DNA of 64,000 nucleotides, from contig JAGMCT010000013.1 of assembly GCA_023129075.1 (NCBI GenBank), forward strand, positions 42,538 to 106,537, read 5' to 3'. Under the pieces are notes generated by a model that made no database searches, had not been told where the DNA came from, and saw only the letters and a program-made list of their open reading frames with translations. The position numbers and the translations under genes were made by a program. Origin of the DNA: Candidatus Micrarchaeota archaeon. Its GTDB lineage: Archaea; Micrarchaeota; Micrarchaeia; Anstonellales; Bilamarchaeaceae. Each line of letters opens with the position of its first letter. The first letter of the stretch is position 1. Of this stretch, positions 61,301 through 64,000 are shown in pieces.

Positions 61301-63944
61301 CTGCCTGAAAGGCAACCCACTCATTAGAAATGCTTTTCATTCTAGGGTAGCCTTCTATAAAGGGGTATGGACATGTGTGAATCGTAATATTCTGACTTAT
61401 TTCATCAGGGTCACCACAACCCATCCAATACAGATAATTATGCGGACCATTTATACTCTTCGAAACATCAAATGTGGGCTTTGTCATATCAAAAAAATAA
61501 TCCACATTATTGACATACTCCGCATTTACCACTACCCCATTGAAAGTAGCGTGAGCACCTGCACGAAACTGATAAAAAAAGGAAGGCATCCCCAGGTTTT
61601 GGAGGTAGAGCGCTTCTTCTTTTTCCTTACACTCTCCTTCATCATTCTTTATCGATATATCAAATTTAAACTCATCAAAAAACAAGTCATCTTCTAAAGC
61701 ACCCGCGTAATACTTATCCCAACTTTTCCACGCTGGCTCTCCATCACAGTCAATCTTATTAACATAATCAGTTTTAATGCCTAACCTTCCAAAACCAGAT
61801 ACTGTATTCATACCTGTAAAATCTTTGGTAGTCCATAAGAACATTGGAAAGGATATTATTCTGCTTACGTCATTTTCGTCCCACTCTTCATCATCCCATC
61901 CATGTCCACATGCAAAATTCTCAACAAGCTGCAGACCTATTGCCTGTGGCCATTCCATCACTTCATCATCACATCCCTCTGGCCAACCATCACCAAGAGT
62001 GGCAACATCTCCAGGTGGGTACATGTGCTGTACAAAGTTAGCAATTTCATTATACTGGTTCTCAGACCCATATTTAGTTCCAAAATTATTCGAATCCAAG
62101 TAGATTTGAAAATCCATGGTATATGGACGCCTGTGAGCACCAACAAGCTCTATAGACACACCACTCGACTCACCACTCAAATCCTGGTCATCAAATCTTA
62201 CTGTGGACGGGTCTATCTCATAATTTATATCATAAGGGTCCTTTGCAAACTCAACATCCACCCCATAAACTACAAATACAGGAACAGATGTGCCTTCTGC
62301 AATATTTTTCGCTATAAATGAACGTGATTTCATTGGCTGTCCGGACTCTAATTTATACATTGTAACCTCATTACCACCAACGTCATCAAAATATTCCCAG
62401 TAATAAGTATCTGTTGTGCGTCCTGTTTTTACGGGATCGAGACCACAGACTGTTTCTCCTGCATCATTCATCTCACAATCACAATCTATTGCTATAGAGA
62501 CCTGCTTCCCATCTATTTCAGTATAAGAAACACATGCATACCTTACATAATCCTCCCAACTGCATGCACCGCTCATGCAATCTGCTCCGGAAAGGCATTC
62601 ATATTCAAAACCTGGTTTTATGGTTCCATCTTTGGTTCGGTGTATGTCTTTTCTTGGACGCGACTTCTCTCCATATGGCCAATCTTTCACAGGGTCTCCT
62701 GTATATAGATACTCTCCTTGCAGGAAACTGCCATAGCCTTTCAAACTGCTTGTTTTGTAATCAATTGCAAAATAAGGCGTGCCCTTTACTCCTCTTTCTT
62801 TTACTACGCTGGAGTAAACGGAGGCATAACTAGCCCAAGGAGTTTCATCATGCCAAGAATAGTCAAGAAGAGGAGAAAGAGGAGGGATGCTCTCGGAAGT
62901 TGTAGAAGGTGTTGAACATTCTTCATAACATTTCTGCGCGGTTGGAAACTCGTCATAAATAGTCCCATGAAGCTCCTCATCATACACTTCACTACATATG
63001 GAACTATGACCTATCCAAAGACCATGAAGAAGTATACAGTTACCACCATCCCACTCTATTCTTTTTGAATGGATTACCTTATACCCTCTAAAACCGCCTT
63101 CATGCTGATAATACCAGCACCTCAGATTACAATCATGATGAGAATAAGAGGAGATATCATCATTAGTCTTGCAGACCCATTCTCCATTTAACAATTCTAC
63201 ATTCCCGGAATAAGAGCAAAGACTTCCAGCACGGTCATGGCCTACCTCAGTAAAACTATTACCACCAGCATCAAACTCCATATCAACAGCCAAATAATTC
63301 ATATAGCGGTCCTTATCCCCCATTGGATTCAATCTGCAGTCAGCATCAGTAACCGGAAAGAAAACAGAGGAGATATCATATTCATTAAAAGTACTTCCAA
63401 CCCCAAACCTGTATCCCAATGCATAAAGCTTTCCCTTGCTGTTCTGTATTGCACGCAGAAGCAGAGGGGTAAGTTTCTCAAACCTGCAGTCCACACCATA
63501 AAGGTTCCTTGTCTGGCCCTCAAAACCAACCTTATCCCTCTCTTCTGTAAAACTTGAGGTTGAAGGCGTGGGTTTAGGGAGATAACTGAAATCACCGCAG
63601 ATAAGAGCTACACAATTTCCCCTGGTGCAGCCCGTTATCTCAAGCTCTCCGCATATAGGAATCAGCATAGTCTCAGTTTTACCAGGGGGGGTTACATTGC
63701 AGGTATTTACAAGAACGATTTTGTCCTCCTCTGTATCGCATTTTTTACTCCCATCAGGATAAGCAAAACAGTACTCATCTTCGGTAAAATAATAGCAGAA
63801 TTCTGTTGTGTATTTTGTTTCGTTTTCAAGAACGCATGTTCCATCCATAGTTGCATTATACCTTAAACAACAGTCGTAGAACTCAGGGTCATTGGTGCAG
63901 CCAAAAAGGAAAAGAAACAAAAATACAATCAATAATCTCTTCAT
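58377..63944 (-). CDS. Giant Cys-rich extracellular lipoprotein with C-terminal CxxGxxW/F repeats
   Basis: MKR...LFGC lipobox, dense Cys content and about 10 short Cys repeats near the C-terminus. Confidence 0.82.
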   Translation of the reverse strand: MKRLLIVFLFLFLFGCTNDPEFYDCCLRYNATMDGTCVLENETKYTTEFCYYFTEDEYCFAYPDGSKKCDTEEDKIVLVNTCNVTPPGKTETMLIPICGELEITGCTRGNCVALICGDFSYLPKPTPSTSSFTEERDKVGFEGQTRNLYGVDCRFEKLTPLLLRAIQNSKGKLYALGYRFGVGSTFNEYDISSVFFPVTDADCRLNPMGDKDRYMNYLAVDMEFDAGGNSFTEVGHDRAGSLCSYSGNVELLNGEWVCKTNDDISSYSHHDCNLRCWYYQHEGGFRGYKVIHSKRIEWDGGNCILLHGLWIGHSSICSEVYDEELHGTIYDEFPTAQKCYEECSTPSTTSESIPPLSPLLDYSWHDETPWASYASVYSSVVKERGVKGTPYFAIDYKTSSLKGYGSFLQGEYLYTGDPVKDWPYGEKSRPRKDIHRTKDGTIKPGFEYECLSGADCMSGACSWEDYVRYACVSYTEIDGKQVSIAIDCDCEMNDAGETVCGLDPVKTGRTTDTYYWEYFDDVGGNEVTMYKLESGQPMKSRSFIAKNIAEGTSVPVFVVYGVDVEFAKDPYDINYEIDPSTVRFDDQDLSGESSGVSIELVGAHRRPYTMDFQIYLDSNNFGTKYGSENQYNEIANFVQHMYPPGDVATLGDGWPEGCDDEVMEWPQAIGLQLVENFACGHGWDDEEWDENDVSRIISFPMFLWTTKDFTGMNTVSGFGRLGIKTDYVNKIDCDGEPAWKSWDKYYAGALEDDLFFDEFKFDISIKNDEGECKEKEEALYLQNLGMPSFFYQFRAGAHATFNGVVVNAEYVNNVDYFFDMTKPTFDVSKSINGPHNYLYWMGCGDPDEISQNITIHTCPYPFIEGYPRMKSISNEWVAFQAAADAGAWCQNNFNDPEYFCVEHNDDLSCKAYSPWATVAVPTTDSFVTELNKYKIGDCYMNLFTGLELHRFGWCESCSFVNLAREEVKPSSPNLFNCPTDEFGHYPLMVIPGMDEEFIPVCRVPKLDDPTEYRSWIGLTSWSMGVPDSLYLRDKIKEYLQRGVLPVVDISANEFYEDFSTSRDEHAPYCKDFCDISCDIFCEDNPLSSPTECLKECLQGCRGLENYNDFPEWAKEELGGSYVPEKPFESIVRRIKNQGPIVYIVAYFDSNNVMDADLKQRVIDASSKIRRLCPKCLVGVQIYTVSLDGQVDLTPSERYAKSIIRDVSILFENTEEKPCSVPDSMCNTELIEAVDFIEVAACPDHFYYGGLPEEFYKAHLGVGRELLRLFGKPNILLLEGASPDPGGEYAQYLSENTQNLVRSGNFGFVYEQWETEFDSSLVKRDIGDGPFNVYKLDDGPFDDVYAASRLFVGYKYRTFTQKVGIAEKCPCIPCTVFDDSGLCNGQFNGVGPFCEGYKKGSNVKWPDNCLTEDTCTLDSVELKCSITYEDGTIEQVNVEIDQDNMDLYADYVGSIEGKYETIPCSLKNYSFKTLPSDFYAPEAIIFPKDGSDLADCGTVDLDPEICGFEIPITKRTISCKCLNCPKAPVTCAAGEVSVMCKGKKMCVIPCTGEYSWDEDVCGCVGGEHRCKEGYIWSSDKTECVDVYGCSMHRPPKYSFFDIYAGSCKLFDCDSIQVCTTRIICEKDGSYSDIYIYSPEDCESISNYHRFDSVDGKCLMFCPEGFEPKRAGFWYYYKCEVESVCPQGQELDPVTGECIPSTEECGEGEEFNPDTGECESICELGEEWDSETQTCAPFEEAICGHGAYWDADLEECICDFGEYKEEEYACILDNGCKVGEVKVGDECVASGTACSSNEGWVEETQECVNVLTYCGEGNYWYEDFQECLVPSDECPGISLWSEKCGRCIYTEPVHVQP

Positions 63945-64000
63945 AAAAATCTCACCAACATTCTTGAGAACAATCCGGCCTCCCCGCCGAGAATATTTGT
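63941..64000 (-). CDS. 3' end of an upstream gene (partial)
   Basis: Open frame TNILGGEAGLFSRMLVRFL* whose TGA overlaps the ATG of the 1,855-aa gene (ATGA). Confidence 0.55.
   Translation of the reverse strand, partial: TNILGGEAGLFSRMLVRFL

Overview
Archaeal chromosomal window, most consistent with a DPANN lineage such as Micrarchaeota. This is inferred from the split rpoB, N-terminally short RpoA'', GGTGA ribosome-binding sites, mevalonate/lipid genes and many orphan repeat proteins. Core content: the rpoH-B''-B'-A'-A''-L30e-nusA-S12-S7-EF2 cluster, MCM, GlyRS, Pus10, KsgA, MetAP, NurA, XPF, EndoQ, upper mevalonate pathway genes and two tRNAs (intron-containing Arg-TCG, and Ser-GCT). Accessory content: an IS200/IS605 element (tnpA remnant plus intact compact tnpB) whose reconstructed insertion site is the nusA stop codon, an MntA/HepT toxin-antitoxin pair, a ~3,070-aa beta-helix surface protein, a 1,855-aa Cys-rich lipoprotein operon, and ankyrin, HEAT, TPR and PPR-like repeat proteins. 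The most striking unexplained signal is a family of hairpin-rich tandem repeats built on tRNA termini. It is shared between two unrelated tRNA genes 46 kb apart. At tRNA-Ser it flanks the gene on both sides and is followed by a PPR-like gene. Family assignments come from recognised motifs only; no database searches were run.
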